Assembly (NCBI GenBank): GCA_964199315.1
Contig: OZ116705.1
Location: 7,874,001 to 7,938,000 of the forward strand
Length of the DNA stretch: 64,000 nt
Reading direction: 5' to 3'
DNA from: Orbicella franksi
Taxonomy: Eukaryota
The translations under genes were made by a program, and so were the position numbers. Below are positions 62,852 through 64,000 of this stretch, piece by piece. Within the stretch, counting starts at the first letter, position 1; the number at the start of each line of letters is the position of its first letter. Under the pieces are notes generated by a model that was not told the origin of the DNA, did no database searches, and worked only from the letters and a program-made list of their open reading frames with translations.

Positions 62852-64000
62852 GTAAGTAACCATGACATTTTTAACCTTAAGCCCTCGATTGCTTTGTTAG
62901 ATTGTATATTACCACCGGGAGTCCTCACTCACAAACGTTTGAGGCTTGAATAAGTAATGAGAACAAGCAGGCCTTAAGCCAGAGACAAGAAGCGAGCAGG
63001 ACTCGGAAGAGAACACAATTCATCCTTGTAGGGAGGAAGTGGTTGGGGTTGGCAAAAGTCTATAGTTGAAAAGAAAACAATGTAAGAGAGAAGACAATTG
63101 CAGGATAATGCTGACCTATACATATCCAACCAGCGTATACATTTATAACGAATTATCCCACAGCTTATGACACAGTTAACGTTTGGCCAACTGATTTTAA
63201 CCCTTTTTTCACTGATTATTGCAGTCTGTTGATAAACAGAAATTTATTAGGTGACTTCTTTTGTTTCAAACACGAGTAGTATCTTTCTATTCATGCAGGA
63301 AAAACAAACACCGGAAGCTTGAAGTTTGTCGAGCTAACTGCCAATGAAGTTAAGAATATTGCGATCGATATAAGATACTGTACTGCAACAAAATACTCTT
63401 TAATAAGGCTAAAGAGTCGTTTTCGTTATAGGTTTCATGCAAATTTTGGTTAGAATTAGGCGATACGCCCAAAATATCCCAGTATTTTATCACAAATGAA
63501 ATGGCTTAGATCACACTCGGGTTGTGTTTAATAATACCTCCTTTTTCTTCCGCATTTTGTCGGGTAACAGAATTTCAGTTTAAAAAGTAAAGAAGAGCTG
63601 TATCGTGTCATTCGAAGATATCTCATTCGTAAATAACCTTGCGCGTTCTTAATTTCGCGAGGTTTTATTTCGCGACTTCAGGATATGATGTTAAGAAAAG
63701 AACATTAAAAATCGCAAAAGTACGCCGAGAAAGGTCAAATAACACTTGATGAGGCAATTACTTGACCTCGTAAATTGATTACCGTAGTTAATTTCGCGAG
63801 CGTTTTTTGCGAGTCTTAAAATTCGGAAAAAATCACGAAAATTAATACTCGCGAAAAAACTGAGAGCGCGAAAAAATAAGGGAACTTTAACACCAGATTA
63901 CGTAAGAAATAATCCTTGGCTAATTTTAAATGATGTTTAGTCACGGGTTCGTTGGTAGTCGGTTGATTATTTTTTCCTTGAAAATATCCAGTCTTTATGT

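Larger units (their letters stand above)
51061..64000 (+). repeat. Large tandem segmental duplication unit, homologous to 11801-33455 minus the 8.5 kb insertion
   Basis: Collinear high-identity matches throughout, e.g. 11801/51061, 14507/53695, 23715/54370, 28029/58638, 32060/62592. Bases 62349-62851 also match 1-502. Confidence 0.95.

Overview
Eukaryotic, AT-rich, intron-containing genomic DNA. The repeats and gene family suggest an anthozoan such as a stony coral (inference). The window is dominated by a + strand tandem array, with ~31 kb spacing, of a spliced gene for a secreted protein: signal peptide - PAN/apple-like - EGF - 1 or 2 calcium-binding EGF - UMOD/GP2/OIT3-type D8C(D10C) domain, with no ZP domain or transmembrane segment. 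Copy 1 (exons 243-6399, first exon upstream of the window) is intact. Copy 2 (28029/14507-35696) has a premature stop and two Cys>Tyr changes. A third, more diverged relic (42936-45266) is a multiply disabled pseudogene. Copy 3 (53695/58638-62851...) runs off the window end. Each repeat unit has two duplicated promoter + signal-peptide exons. The 5' parts of the copies are nearly identical while the 3' parts are strongly diverged, with the switch at the exon2/intron2 border. Between the genes are an intron-containing, frameshifted fragment of the mitochondrial folate/FAD carrier SLC25A32 (- strand), an 8.5 kb TIR element present in one unit only (with nested MULE and Harbinger derivatives), many MITEs, an inverted tRNA-like palindrome, a 24-bp minisatellite and an assembly gap (45891-46555). 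Most ORFs in the supplied track are spurious or are exon read-throughs.
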